From Monocercomonoides exilis PA203 (taxonomy: Eukaryota; Protista; Preaxostyla), in NCBI GenBank assembly GCA_001643675.2, contig LSRY02000015.1, forward strand, positions 1,302,001 to 1,366,000: a stretch of DNA of 64,000 nucleotides. Direction: 5' to 3'. Both the position numbers and the translations under genes were made by a program. Below the pieces are notes generated by a model. That model did not search any database. It was not told the origin of the DNA and was given only the letters and a program-made list of their open reading frames with translations. Shown here piece after piece: positions 36,901-49,492 of this stretch (position 1 is the first letter of the stretch; every line of letters begins with the position of its first letter).

Positions 36901-39900
36901 CGCCATTCACCTCGCTTCCTTCATTACTTTCAGTCTCGTCGATCAACTCAGCATGCAACCTCCCGTTTTCTGTGCGGCTTTCAGGCGAGTTTCCGTTCAC
37001 TTCTTGCTCTTGCAATTGTCTTGATTTGGATGCTTCATCTTTATTTTGCTTGTTTCTGTTGTTTCTTGCACTCTTTGTTCTGCGTGACGACTTTGGCGCT
37101 TTCTTCTTTTGATTCTGACTTGTTTGAAAAGACCTTCCTTCCATTTCAATGCTTCTTTCCATCTCATCAGCGCCATTCGCTTCTTCCTTTCGCTCCTCTT
37201 CCAATCCTTCAAAGCGAAGAAGTGGATCATTCACCCCGAATGCTTCAGGGCCCAGCGAAAGCTGCGCTTCCAAAAGCATCTTCCTCTCGTTTGCGCCTAT
37301 TCCTTCGTTCTGCTTCATCAGCACATCTGTCAGCTCAGCATTATTTCCTATTGCTGGAGAGCCAACGTTCACAGCAGTGCAAGAGGATTCAGTTGTTTGG
37401 CCTTCTCCTTCTTGTCCCTTTGAACCATTTGCATCTCCATTTGTATCTTCCTTGGAGTCTTCCTTCGCATTCATCATCTTTTGCTCTCTGCGTTGCCTTG
37501 CAAGTCTGCGCTTCTGCTGAAGCGATGATGGAATCAGCGTCGGTGTTGACAATAGCTGCCCTTCCATTTTCTCTCTTTGAATCTCTGAAGCCTTCTTTCT
37601 AGCAGCATCATCATCATCTTTCTCTTCTCTTCCTTCATTGTGATTCACTTCCTCGTCCTCGTTCTCGTTTTCAGGCATTTCTGGGTTCTCCTTCGTGCTG
37701 TGCTCTGAGTTCTCATGCAGCATCGTCACTGATCCCTCGTCTGCATTGCCTTCTTCGTTGTCTTCATCTGCTTCATTAGCCTCCTGTTGTGTGCTTTCGT
37801 ATTCAGAGGCAACAGGCGTGGAGTGGACGGTGTTGGAGGAAGGAGAAGAGATTGGCGTGTCAGAACTAACAGTGCGTGAGGTGAGTGGTGGTGTGGCTGT
37901 GGGCTGAGGAGTTGCAGAAGCAGGCGAAATGGCTGCCTTTTGCATCTCAGATGAGGAAGAGGAAGAGGAAGAAGCGGAAGCAGAGGAGGAAGCGGAGGAA
38001 GAAGAAGAGGCAGAAGAAGATGTGGGGTAATCTTGTGAAATGTTTGCGTGAGATGAAATGAAATAGTCAGCAGATGAAGGAGAAGCGAGTAGAGGGGCAT
38101 TTGACATATACAGAAGCGGGCCATCCAACTCTCCACAAAGATCTTCCATTTCAATTGCTCTGCTAAGTCCATCGTCAAAATCGGAAGAAGAAGAAGATGC
38201 AGAAGCAGAAGCTGATGAAGGATGATTCAGATTCTGTTTGTTATTCAGGTTTCCGTTTCTTTTGCTTCTTTCATTCCGAAACTCTGCAAATGTCTTTGGC
38301 TTTTTGTGAACAGACACCACTTCATTGCCATCAGCTTCATTCTCTTTGTTTCCATTCCCTGTTCCTTTCCTCGCTCTTCTCTGGTTCCCTCTATTTCTTC
38401 CACTCCCCCCTTTTATTCCATTCCTTCCTTCTCCTCCTTTCCCTCTTTCTCTCCGAACACCTTCCATCTCCTCCATCAGCAGTGAAGGCGACGTCTGCGC
38501 CTCTCTGTCATCCAGCCCAACTGCTCCAACTTTCGCATACCGCAGCCGCAGCCTCCTTCTCTTCTCTCTCCGCTTTTTCGCCTCTTCCCGCTCGTTCCGC
38601 AGGCGCTGGCTGTCTTCCTCGTCTCTCATCAGCAGCAGCTCGTGCATTTCCTGCCTCTCCCTCTCCCTCTCTTCAAACGCCGCCTTCTCCTCCTCAAACT
38701 CCTCCCACCGCTTCTCCTCTTCCTCTTTCATCTGCTGCTTCACTGACGCAAACACCTGCCTCCTGCTGTTGTCAATCGACCCCATCAGCCTCTCCTTCAG
38801 CTCGCATTCTTCGCGATGCATCGCTGCCTGCTCAGCCAGCTCATTCAGCAACTCCTCTTCTTCTGCCCGGCGCTGCTGAAGCCTTTGCGTGTTGTTCAGC
38901 AGGCGCTGCCTGTATTGAGCGTCGTGCTGCTGCTGAAGATGAGTTGTTGCTAAGGAAAGAGCATATGATAGAAAGGGGGCTGAGGAAGGGGAGAAAGAAG
39001 AGTCGATGTTTGCCTGGGAAGCGAGGAGGGATTCTGGTGAAGAAGAAGAAGAGGAGGAGGATGAAGGAGAAGAAGAAATAGCTGCAACTGAAGAGAATGT
39101 GGACAAAAATGGTGCGTCTGTTGAAGAAGAAGAAGAAGAAGCAGAAGAAGAAGCAGAATATGGTTGCGGAGCTTGCTCATCATTTTGTGTGTTTTCCTGT
39201 TGTTCTTGTGATGCTCCTTCATTGCTTTCGTTGCTTATTCCTTCAAATTCCTGCTCATAATCCAGCGGCATTGCTGTCGGCCTTTCTGAATCTGACGTCA
39301 AACTGTCTCCTCTTTCGCCATGGCCACTTCCTGTTTGCTGAGCTTTTCTGCTTTTCCCTCTTCTTTCACTCTGTGTTCTCATCGAGTCAGAAAACGAACT
39401 CTTCACTCGCTTTCTCTTGTCTTTTTCCTTTCGAGTCGATTCCAACTTGCTTTGTGACATTTTATTTCTTTTCCTTCTTTCACTCTTGTTCTCTCTTTCC
39501 ATCTCAGCCACTCTTTCCCTGCTCCTCTTCAGCTCCTCCTCTTTCTCCCTTATCTTCCACAGCGCCCTCTCAATCTCCCTCTCAGCCTTCGCTCCCCTCT
39601 GCCTCAGCTCCTCTAGCTCTTCCACCACCCCCGCACACTTCGCCACAAACGACGCCAGCAGCGCCTGCCCAGCCTCTTCCTCCCACTGCCCCATCTGCTG
39701 TGCATACCCCTCTCTCATCTCCCTCTGCAGATCGTCCAGTGCTGCCCTGTGTCTCAGCGCTTGCTCCCCTGCAAACGACAGGAGCACCCCACGCGCCTGC
39801 CGCTCCACCGCCCGCACCACAGCCTCAGAAGAGCCATCGCTGGCAGCAAGACTTCGACTGCGCAGGGGAGAAAAGGGGCGGAATTCAGGAATGTCTGCCA

Positions 39901-42041
39901 GCGCCTCCTTGTTGAATGTGCGCGCCATCCGGCTGCCGATGCTGCGGGTGCTCAGCTTCAGCCCTTTTGTGCCGAAGTTGGTGGAGCGAGATTTGATCAT
40001 GGAGACTGAGGAAAGGGAGAGGAGGGAAGGGTTGTGGAGTGTGGGAGAAGGGAGTGGGGGAAGGATGTTAATAAGTGAATGAGTGAGTGAGTGATTGAGT
40101 ATATAATTGATTGATTGATTGAAAATATGATTGAGAAAAATTCCAGTTAGGATATTAAAGAATAAGAAAAGGCATTTAAAAAAAGAAAAGAAAAGAAAAG
40201 AAAAGAAAAGATAGGATTCACACATCCGCCCAGCATTTCAGCTCTCTGAGACGAAAAAGCAGTGGAATTGTCTTTTTGCCCTGCTTTCAGGTCTTTGAAT
40301 TCGTTCATCACACGAGTCGTAAGCTGATACTCAGCCAGAAGATCGCTAGGCAGCATCTGTTTGTGAAAGGAATAGAAGAAGAAGAATTATAACAATGAAA
40401 GAAAATGAGGCATTGATTGACACAGATTCAAAAATATTCAATTAAAAAACATTGGAAAGATTATCACAACACGCAAGCATTCAAGTGTATTTCAAAAAAC
40501 AATCAAAATCAATTTTTTTATTTAAAAGAAAGAAAGAAAAGAAGCACATCCAGTTCAACAATCAGAAAGAAAGAAAGAAAGATAGAAAGAAAAGACCGAG
40601 TTTAAAATAAGAAATCACATTCACACCTCGTAGTCATTCAGCTTCACGAGCATCACCTCCGTCTGGTCCTGGAGCACCCCGCCTTCAGTGAGGTTGACGT
40701 AGCTGACTTTGACTGTGACCACCGCGTCCTTCGCGCCGAGGCTCACGTCCCACATCACATTCGCCAGCATCTCGTGGTACACATCGCCCAAATCAGCCAC
40801 AGCCACCGACTCCACATCCGGCGGCCCGATCTGCCGCACCACCTCCGCACCGTCGCTCACCTCGATCTTCGCCCGCACGTTCTGCGCAACAAGCGTCAGC
40901 TTCCGGTTCAGGCAGTCGGCGAAGTAGTGGATGAACTCCTGCTCCTGCTTCGTCTGCTCCGTCGAGCGCACGTAGTAGTATGTGCCGTGCCCGTACTTCG
41001 CAAACTTGCTCATGACCGTGTCGTCGTTTTGGGACCCGAAGCCAAACGTGTTGATGGAAAACCCGCCGACAATGCGCTCGTCGTAGGAGTGAATGAGCTC
41101 TTTGATTTTTCTGTCCAGCGTTTCCTCCGAAAGCGACCCAATCGGCCGCTTGAGGCTGGGATCCCAGTTCTCCCGCACAATAAAATCCATTCCGTCTGAA
41201 AACATCCATATGGATGCTGAGCGTCCCTCTGCATTTTCATTTCTTTTATAATTTCAACAAAGTTGATAATTTTCATCAAATGCACATTTCAAAAATAAAT
41301 ATACAAAATAAAATAAAATAAAATAATCATCAACAATAATTAGTGTTCGAAAAGTTAAAAAAAAAAAATTGCGCAAACCTTTCTGGTGATGCCAGTTCGT
41401 CGAGAGCTGCTTGCAGCGCTTTCATTAGATTTGTTCCTCCATCTGGATGCGATATAAACTTTGATAATGTCGCAGAGACGCTCCACTTAAAAAAAGACAT
41501 TTCAAGTCAAGCATAATGGACGACAACATACCCTGTTTAAAGAATCCATTGGAGCTAAACCAAAAAGTTTTTTTGGTTCAAGGGCAAATAGATAAACCTT
41601 TTTTTGGAAAAAAAATAGTTTTGAAAGATAATACCCATATGAGTTTATAATACAAACTGAAAAACGATCTTGTTCCCCAAGGTAAGTTATTAAATGTTGA
41701 AAGCAATTCATGACTTGGGCTAATTTGTTTTTTCCTTGAAGTGAAAAACCGCCAGTCATTGATTTTGATGTGTCAATCATGCAAATTACGTCCATAGGCG
41801 CTCTGCGTTCTCCAATATCTTCAATAATCGGAGCCTTCAAGGTCAATGCGACTGTCCTCATATTTTTCTTTGGATATTGAAATATTATAAAAATATCAAT
41901 TTGAGTTTTTTAATGATGTCATACATTGTATTTTCCGGTTATCCCCGAAGAAAGCAATAAGTTAAATAATGAACCTTGTGATGCATATTCTTCTGAAGAA
42001 TTTTCTCCTTCTGGAAGACTATTTTCATCTTTTTCATCCAT
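33914..42041 (-). CDS. vWA-spike protein B: N-terminal vWA (MIDAS), coiled coils, single TM helix, long beta-helix/fibre-like repeats; 7 exons, about 2450 aa
   Basis: MDEKDENS...|...RAPMDVICMIDTSKSM...DRFS|...|GGTNL...|...SIWMFSDG...INTFGFG...GHGTYYYV...|MLPSDLL...|FSMIKSRS..., entering the 2103-aa ORF. TM LCVILWIVLSVVVISAVVVGWALLF (~36415-36490). Repeats SSVDVG-GVTTIH-SDVTIE-GNEQVN-GNVLVG-GSLTVN. Confidence 0.8.
34734..35054 (-). repeat. 321-bp perfect inverted repeat, copy 2 (coding, in vWA-spike gene B)
   Basis: Reverse complement of 32251-32571; same peptide and same reading frame in gene B. Confidence 0.97.
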
Positions 42042-42241
42042 CAATAAAACTATAATAAAGGGTATGTTCATCAATCACTGCATTTGATTGTACTCATTTG
42101 TCTTTAAATTATGTGCATTTCATTTGTACAAAGCATGAATAAAAAAAATGAAAATAATATTTATCTTTATTAACTATTTCTTTATGAAGAGCAATACAGA
42201 AAGAATTCAGCTTAAAATGAAATGAAAGAAATGCTTATTAC

Positions 42242-43043
42242 TTACGCAGTGAATGATTCAGCCAAAGGTGAAGAAACTCCAACAGAAGCCGTACTTGCTG
42301 ATTTCAACATTTCGATCCGTTGTTGTTTTTTTGAGAGCATAAGCTTATCGCTTCTTAAAAATGCAAAATGAATTAATACAGGTGCAAAAGTAACCCAAGT
42401 GTATCTCCATTTAATATCTTTAACCAATGTGATAAGTGCAACAATCCAATAGATAAAAACACTTAATGATGCGACCAATGATACTTTTTTTGCGAGAGAG
42501 CATTGAGAAGGTGCAAGAACATCTGATTGAACAAATAGTCCAGAAGCACAGACTGAAAGAGTTGATATTCCAAAAGCAACAGCAGAAAGAGGAACATCAA
42601 AATTGCTTGGAATAATAAGGTTGTTTCCTTCCGTCAATCCAAAAAGGAACATTGTAAAAAATAAACCACCAAATATGAATGCTAGAACTCCGTCCAGAAG
42701 CTGTTTCAATTTTATTAAATCGTTTCAAAGATTCAAAAAAAATGTTCACGCAAAAACGAAAAGAAAGTATTTTCAAAGGAGTTGTTAAATATTTGTGATT
42801 AAAAACAAAAAAAATTTATTTATTCCAATTTTCTTTGAAGATAAACAATGTGCATACGCGAAATTTACTCATGTCGTCTTTGGTTTTTTTTGGTGGTTCA
42901 GTTGGAACAGTAGCTCTTGGGGTTTCTAAACAAACAGAATTCAGCAAAACTATTATGATTAAAGTCACACCATTGTGTTGAACAGCACTGACTTCAACGT
43001 CGTCTTTTGGCTTTTGCCGAGAAATAACAGATGAATCTTCCAT
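42242..43043 (-). CDS. Small multi-pass membrane protein (about 4 TM), 3 exons, unknown function
   Basis: MEDSSVISRQ...|ETPRATV...MSKFR|LLDGVLAFIFGGLFFTMFLFGL..., followed by further hydrophobic segments. Confidence 0.65.
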
Positions 43044-44229
43044 TCAATAAAGATCTGTTTCCCTCAATAATAATTAGCACAATCAATAGAGTCCTTCATC
43101 TCAATTGTTAATGAATAACAAAGCGTTGTAAAAAGAACATGATTTTATTTGTTTTGCTTTTTTGGCTCAAGCTTATATGAACAAAATATTAGATTATTAA
43201 TCACACTTTATTTGCAAGCACTTTTTTGTAAACCTGGGCTTTTTTTGAAAGATTCGAATTGCTCAATGAATTTCAAAAATAAATTATAAAAATACACACA
43301 CTATTTTCTTAGAGTACAACGCATCCAACTGTGTTCAAATATTTAATTGATGTGTTGTATTTACAAAGAAATAAGTTATTTTTGTTTTTGAAATTCATTG
43401 AGAAATATGAATTTTTTTCAAAAAAAGCCAGGAATTAATAAAAATTCTCAGGCTTTCGAACGATGGTATTTGGTATTTGACTTTCAACACAACAGATCTC
43501 ATGAAAGAGAAATACTCAGAGCATACAAGTTCTTTTAGAGAAGAGAATTATAACTTTTGTATCGCAACTTGTTGATGGAAGGAGAAATAAAGATAAATAG
43601 TTTAAAGGCGTATTCGTGGGTCAGTAATGAAGAATTATCCTTTTCACGTTCATGCATGAATCAGAATTAATGTTTGCAAGTTGTATTGAAGGTTAATTCT
43701 ACTGAATAACGTTGAATGTGTTGTTATTCGCATTTAAATATTCATATTTTTATTTAGGCCGATGAAATGATAATATGGAACTTAACTAAAGAGCAATAGA
43801 ATTGAAATATGAGGAATGATTTTTAGTGAAGAAATCCATTTGCAGCGAGATGAAAAAGCGAGAAATAATTAAAAATTGAAAGAAGAACATTTGAGAAAAG
43901 GTGGAAATACAAAAATTAAGTGTGTTCAAGACATTAAAAGTTATTTTGTTAGGCCTTGCTGATGAAATGTTTGAATCGAAAGATATTTTGATCAAAACTT
44001 TGGAAATGACAGAGGAAAACGATGAAAGGAAGAAACAGAATTGGAGATTTCCATGTGTTTCCATTTTTTGTTGGAAAGAAAGAAAAGGTCAAGGCGAAAG
44101 TGAAAAGGATTTAGAAGTTACTCATTGTTCGCTTCTCTTTTCATGAGATGCAGAAAAGAAGTGATAGAACTTGGATGCATTGCAGAAGATTTGCGTTCTT
44201 CGTTATCCGCGCTGACAATTGACATTTCG

Positions 44230-44773
44230 GATACATCGGAGAAGGTTTAGAATTGTTGTGTATGCGGAAGGAAGGACTTATGCGCTGCACATACCACTGT
44301 CGCTGCTTTTCACGTTGCACACGCTGCAAATGCAGCGAGGATTGTTGTGACGCGGCAGGCTGTGTTGTATGGAAGTGTTGTGTGCGCGTACGATGTAGCG
44401 CTTTTGAAGATGCTTTCCTTTCCGCTTGTAGCGCCACTTCATTCGCTTGCAGCGTCTATGGGCACGAAGTTGGGGAGCAAGCGGATCTTTTCTGCAGCTG
44501 ATATGAATGTACTTCCGTCAATCAAACAACTGCTTTACCCGTCGCAGCTGAGGCAGGCGATATCGCGGCTAGTGTCCAGATAACCACAGTCGAGGCATGT
44601 GGTGGTGAAGTTGGAAGATGGGTGACGCGGTGTGCAAAGTGTGTGAGAATGTGGTGAAGGAATTGGAGGAAGCGGGGATGAGTATGGAAGATGTGGTTCT
44701 GTTGCCTGGAGCGATTGTGCTGGCGGAGCTGGAGGAGCGAGAAGAGGCAGAGGAAGGAGAAAGGGGAGGATAA
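44230..44773 (+). pseudogene. Decayed fragment of an IQCH-like (ATP-grasp-type) gene
   Basis: RRRFRIVV...HIPLSLL (frameshift) RIVVTRQAVLYG...DVALLKMLSFPLV...MGTKLGSKRIFSAADMNV...LRQAISRLVSR*PQSRHVVVKLEDG*RG. This resembles the IQCH TKSGSKRIF...KLD-x-x-x-GRG region as recalled. In-frame stops at 44581 and 44623. Confidence 0.5.
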
Positions 44774-45205
44774 GAGGGAGGATAAGAATGAGGAAAAGAG
44801 TGGGAGAAGAAGATAGAGGTAGAGAGGGAGGTGATGGGAATGAGGAGAAAGGAGGCTATCTGATAGCGTTCCTGATGTTTGTGGAAAAAATCAAAGAGAA
44901 CCAGGAGAAGAAGGAAGAAGTGATGGAGAAGCCAGAGGCTATGATCCTCTCCTAGTATTGCATTCCACAGGAGTTGTATTCTTCTCGCTTGGTGATACAG
45001 ATATATCATATTTGTATCAATAGCGGAAATGAGAATGCGGCTGCAGATGCCGATAGGTGCTTGAGGATAACTTCAAAGAAAATTGATATTCCTGAAAAGA
45101 GAGATGTGTAGCTGTTGAAAAACTCGATGAATGATTTTGAAATAAATGAGAAGTGAGGCAAAGCGGTGAACGAATCAAGGAGGAAGGATCATTTAATTGA
45201 TTTGG

Positions 45206-45206
<1 letters not shown>

Positions 45207-45240
<34 letters not shown>
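45207..45240. repeat. (CAA)n microsatellite
   Basis: Directly visible, about 11 units. Confidence 0.9.
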
Positions 45241-46722
45241 GAGGAAGAGGAAGAAAATTGAAAATAAGTGATGATGCAAGTTTTGCTTAAAACCATTGAG
45301 ACACAGCAAAAGTCGGATGCTTTTTGAATATGAATGCTCAGCCAGCTCATAAGCTTTGGTAAAAGAGTCACATCTGCCAACCACTCTCAACAAATAATCC
45401 CAAGCAATCTGTTTTTTCTCTCTTTCAAGCTCATGTTAAGCATTGTCGGGTAATGCAGTATGAAAAACAGATGGCAGAAGTCATGAATGTCATCGTTGAA
45501 TGCAATCCAAGCAAGAACAATCTCAAAACTTCTGAATCTTTCGCGAAATGAAAAGAAGGCTTTTCTTTCTATTGCATTCCTGTTCATAGTCATTCTGTAT
45601 TCATTCAAATATCACCTTTAAATAAAAATGATTGAAATAAAAAAATCAAACCATCTTTTTGGTATTTAAATATTTTCCCATCTCAATGGATTGGTAATTA
45701 TCAGCCCAGCTGGTTTTCTTGTTCTCCAAAATAGCCTCTTGCCACATAAAAAAAAGACAACTGAACAATAAATGACTGGTATAAAACATCATCAAAAGCA
45801 GAGAATCCTTTATGAAGCAGGCCAGGATAACAGATGAAAACACACGTTCTCCAGATTAATAAGAAATGTACTCTTTTTCAAAGACTTATTCAACACAATG
45901 TTTTTGCTGATGGCTTTCCTGCAGGATTCGTGCAAAGGGCAAATGCGATTGTTGTTGAGGCCTGCTGAGTGTTTTGCTCAACTCGTTTCCTCCATTGTCC
46001 AACCCCCAATTCCCTTTCCTTTTCCACAAAATCATCCTTCCCTAAAAAAATCACGCAAAACAAGCTCTGCTCAAAAAATATGCCAAGAGAAACACATTTC
46101 CCACAAAATGAACAAGCAGTTCAATTCAATCTTTTTGATATTCTGCTCGCTTTTTCTGCATCTTGCTTGGATCATTTTTCATTAAAAATATCGAAGTCGA
46201 TGTTGCATCATATGTTTTTCATTTTACAACCAAGTTCAAATGTCATGCAATTTCCTCCACCAATTCACTTTTCGAAAGCAATATTGGAAAACAGCCACTC
46301 ATTCCTCCGTCTGTTAGCAAAATTCCTATCCAAATGCATTGCTATAACTCACATGTACGCATCTATGACTGTGCATTCAAGCGTTTTAACATGCTCTGGC
46401 TGTTCAAATCACCAATAAAAAATCATCACTTATAAAATTATAGGTTGGTCACCCTTATTTATTTGCTCAAAAACAAGATTATTTTGTTTCATAGATTCAC
46501 TTGCTTTAAGGCATAAATCACAAATGGCAAAAGAGGTTTCGAATCCAATGTTATTTAAAATTTTTGATTTGTTATTTTTAATTCTTTTGATTCGAATATT
46601 ACACAACATTTCTGAAAAACGAATTTATTTGTTGTTTTGAAATCATTTTGCCATTACCCAGCCACCTTCAATGAAACAAACATTTCTTGGTATGCAAAAT
46701 ATTATAAAAAACGATTGCTCGG

Positions 46723-48120
46723 ATGATGAATTGTTTTATTTCCAATTTTCAAGAAAAACTGCTGCAATTGGAACAATTCACTGACGCTGAACAGAGACAA
46801 ATAATCAAAGAAATGAATGAAATGATTGATGTAATGAATAAAGGCGAGTTGCGTTCTATTTTAAATGTCAGAATATTCAACAAAATTCATGAAATAATTG
46901 AAGAAAAGAAAATGACTTTGGAGAATGCTATTCTGTTGCTAAAGCATGTTGGATATTGCAAAACTTTGAAAGATGCTTGGGTTGATGGTTTTGAAGAATC
47001 TTTATTGAAAAAAAGACTTCAAAAGATGATTTTTGAAGAAGAAAAGAAAAAAGAAGAAAAGGATGATTATCTTCTTGTTGACCTTTGTGAAAGTTTTGTT
47101 TTACTGAATGATGAATTCACTTCAACAGAATTTCTTTCAATTTGTGTGCCTTGCCTTCTGAAAGTTGCATTGAGGAAAGAGGAAATAGAGGAAGTTCAGA
47201 AGGAAGTGGAAATGGCTTTGTTGGCGTTGAGCAGCATCAGAGATAATGTGTGTGAAATTCAATTTCCTTTTTGTCGTTATTGAATCGTTTTCTCCTTTTT
47301 TGATAAGGATATTGAAAAAGAACTTTTCTTGGATGATATGACAGAAATTATGAAATATCATCAGGAGCATCGCAACCTCACTCGCCTTGCCTATCAGTCT
47401 GCTTGGCAGTTTTTAATAAACCGATTATTCACAGACAAACGTTTGGAAGATATGATTGTGAATGAACTGCATTTTGGAAGAGAGGCATCAAGAGAGCTGG
47501 AAGAGCTTTCAAAGAGTGTGGATTGGAAGAGAAAAAAAGATGAAAAAGAAAGAAAAGAAGCGAAAGAAGCGTTTATTATCACGGAATGGCTCAGCGTAAT
47601 TAATTGTTGCTTATTTTGGCTTAAATCATGGAACAAAGAATTTGTTCTGCTTTTTAACATCATTGTTCAGGTATATCGAGCATCAAGTGATAATTACAAA
47701 GAAATTAGGAAGAAGTGTATTTTTTCATTTGAAGCGGTGGCAGATGATGTTGCTGTCAAAATTAATTTCTTGTTGGACGGAGGAGCAGTCGATACCGTTT
47801 TGGAGGGGATGCTGAGACGAACGTTGAATGAAGGTCAAGCATGTGAGTGCTTGCAATTCTTTTTGAATCTTTCAAGGAAATTGAAAAAAGAAGAGGAAGA
47901 TGAAAAGTACAAAGAGGAAAGAAAGGCAACCAGAAGAAAGATATTCGAAAAGATGGAAGAAGAAGGATATGAAGATTGTATTGAGAGTTTTCATGTAAGT
48001 TTTGACTTTTTCAACAAAAATTATGCTGTTCTTAATAAATTATCGTTGTATATTTCTGATTATTTTGTGAATGTTGAACCAAATTCTTTTCTTCTAATTT
48101 TGAAACACAAAAATTTTTAA
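46723..48120 (+). CDS. Member of a lineage-expanded alpha-helical (ARM-like) hypothetical protein family; 2 exons
   Basis: The two ORFs join via a 60-bp intron (47248-47307): ...ALLALSSIRDN|DIEKELFLDDMTEIMKYHQEHRNLTRLAYQSAWQFL...EKMEEEGYED. The motif set is recalled from the large Monocercomonoides multicopy family. Start codon uncertain. Confidence 0.7.
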
Positions 48121-48302
48121 AAATCTATTTTGTTCATTTCACAAAATTGCAAAAAAATCAATTGAAGAATTTTTATTATTGTTTTTATTTCATTTTTCAA
48201 AAAAAAGAAAAAAAAATCATATCTTTTCTTTTCTTTTCGTTCTATCAAGAATCTTCATTGGACGTACATGAACCTCCATCTTTTTTCACACAGCCCACCA
48301 CT

Positions 48303-48310
48303 CCCCCCCC

Positions 48311-48341
<31 letters not shown>

Positions 48342-48365
48342 ACCTCTCTCTCTCTCTCTCTCTCT
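48303..48365. repeat. Compound microsatellite C25-(CA)n-(CT)n
   Basis: Directly visible. Confidence 0.9.
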
Positions 48366-48776
48366 TTCTTCTTTAAATATGAAAATAAAAAAAAAAAAAG
48401 ATTATTTTTTGATGAATCCTTTTTTCGTTGCCATCAAAATCTTTGATTATCATTTTGTTTTTTTAATCGTTTCAATAAATGAACACATTGAATATGTAGG
48501 ATAAATAAAAAAGGCTAAAAAGAATCTTCACCAAAATTTTTCATCATTTGGGATCAAATATTTTGCTTTATGAATTTTGTTCCATTTAACTCAAACATAT
48601 ATTTATCTCAATTCTTGAACTTTTCTGTTATTATTTGCATTGTTACGGTTGATTTATAATGAAATGATTCCAGAAAAAGTTTGGAACAAATCTCAGTTTT
48701 TTTCATAATAGCAAAAATTTTGACCAATTTGATTATGTTTATCCATTATTAAAATATTATTTCGATTCATGAAATA

Positions 48777-49480
48777 CACCAAAAATTATTCAACATCGAA
48801 AAAGTTTAATTCAAGATCGAAAATTATTATTCGAAATCGAAAATATTTAATTCAACATCGAAAATTCTTGATCATCAAAAAATTTGAAAAAATTTTATAA
48901 TATTCATGCTCATGTCAGTTTCTATTCTTTCAGTTATTGATCTCAGAAATTTGTCGATTTCATTTTGAAAAATATTTTTTGATGTTTTTTTTGGTATATG
49001 ATTGTGTGAAATAGTGGAAATAGGATAAAACTGAGTGATAATTAAACTTTTCACATGTGTTCAGGAGATTACAAGGAATTTAAGAAAAAAATAAAAGTGA
49101 TAGGATAGTTCATGATCTTGTTTTGTGCACAAAAAGACAGAATTTCATCTCATTTATTGAATACGAAATGTTTTGAATTCATATATTGCATTGGAAACTA
49201 AAAAAATAAAACATTTTCAATATTCAAAATGAGAAAAGAATCGATTGATATCAGTCTTTATCATAGAAAACAGTCGTTCAAAACGAAAGAAAAACATTTC
49301 CAATAAATAAACATTTGCAATTGTCAACATTTACGTCAATAAAATTTCTTTGGTTTTGACTTGAATAGAAATTCTGAACAAATTATCTTCTTTTTCGATT
49401 TTGAATTAAACATTTTCGATGTTGAATTAAATATTTTCGATTTCGAATTAAACTTTTTCGATCTTGAATAATTTTTGGTG
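48777..49480. mobile_element. About 700-bp non-autonomous TIR element (MITE): ~90-bp TIRs each made of four ~21-bp subrepeats, flanked by TA
   Basis: Left TA|CACCAAAAATTATTCAACATCGAAAAAGTTTAATTC...; right ...GAATTAAACTTTTTCGATCTTGAATAATTTTTGGTG|TA. Subrepeat core TTC(A/G)AnATCGAAAA occurs four times per end. No internal ORF. Confidence 0.8.
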
Positions 49481-49492
49481 TAATTCTTTTAA

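Noticed and set aside
36676-40082. Several 200-300-aa plus-strand ORFs
   Set aside because: Antisense shadows of the GC-rich coiled-coil part of vWA-spike gene B.
44253-44501. Cys-rich 82-aa ORF resembling a metallothionein
   Set aside because: Better explained as an alternate frame of the IQCH-like pseudogene.
44581-44625. In-frame TAA/TGA suggesting stop-codon reassignment or selenocysteine
   Set aside because: Conserved genes here end cleanly at TAA, TAG and TGA, long ORFs have no internal stops, and the region also has frameshifts.
45300-46400. Coding-like minus-strand sequence
   Set aside because: Multiple stops in the frame examined and no recognisable motif; no product can be assigned.
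48303-48327. C25 tract as a functional G-quadruplex on the minus strand
   Set aside because: Part of a compound microsatellite; no evidence of function, and homopolymer length may be unreliable.
48781-48867. Regular ~21-bp repeats resembling a CRISPR array or iterons
   Set aside because: No unique spacers, no cas genes, and the array is mirrored at 49391-49480; these are TIR subrepeats in eukaryotic DNA.
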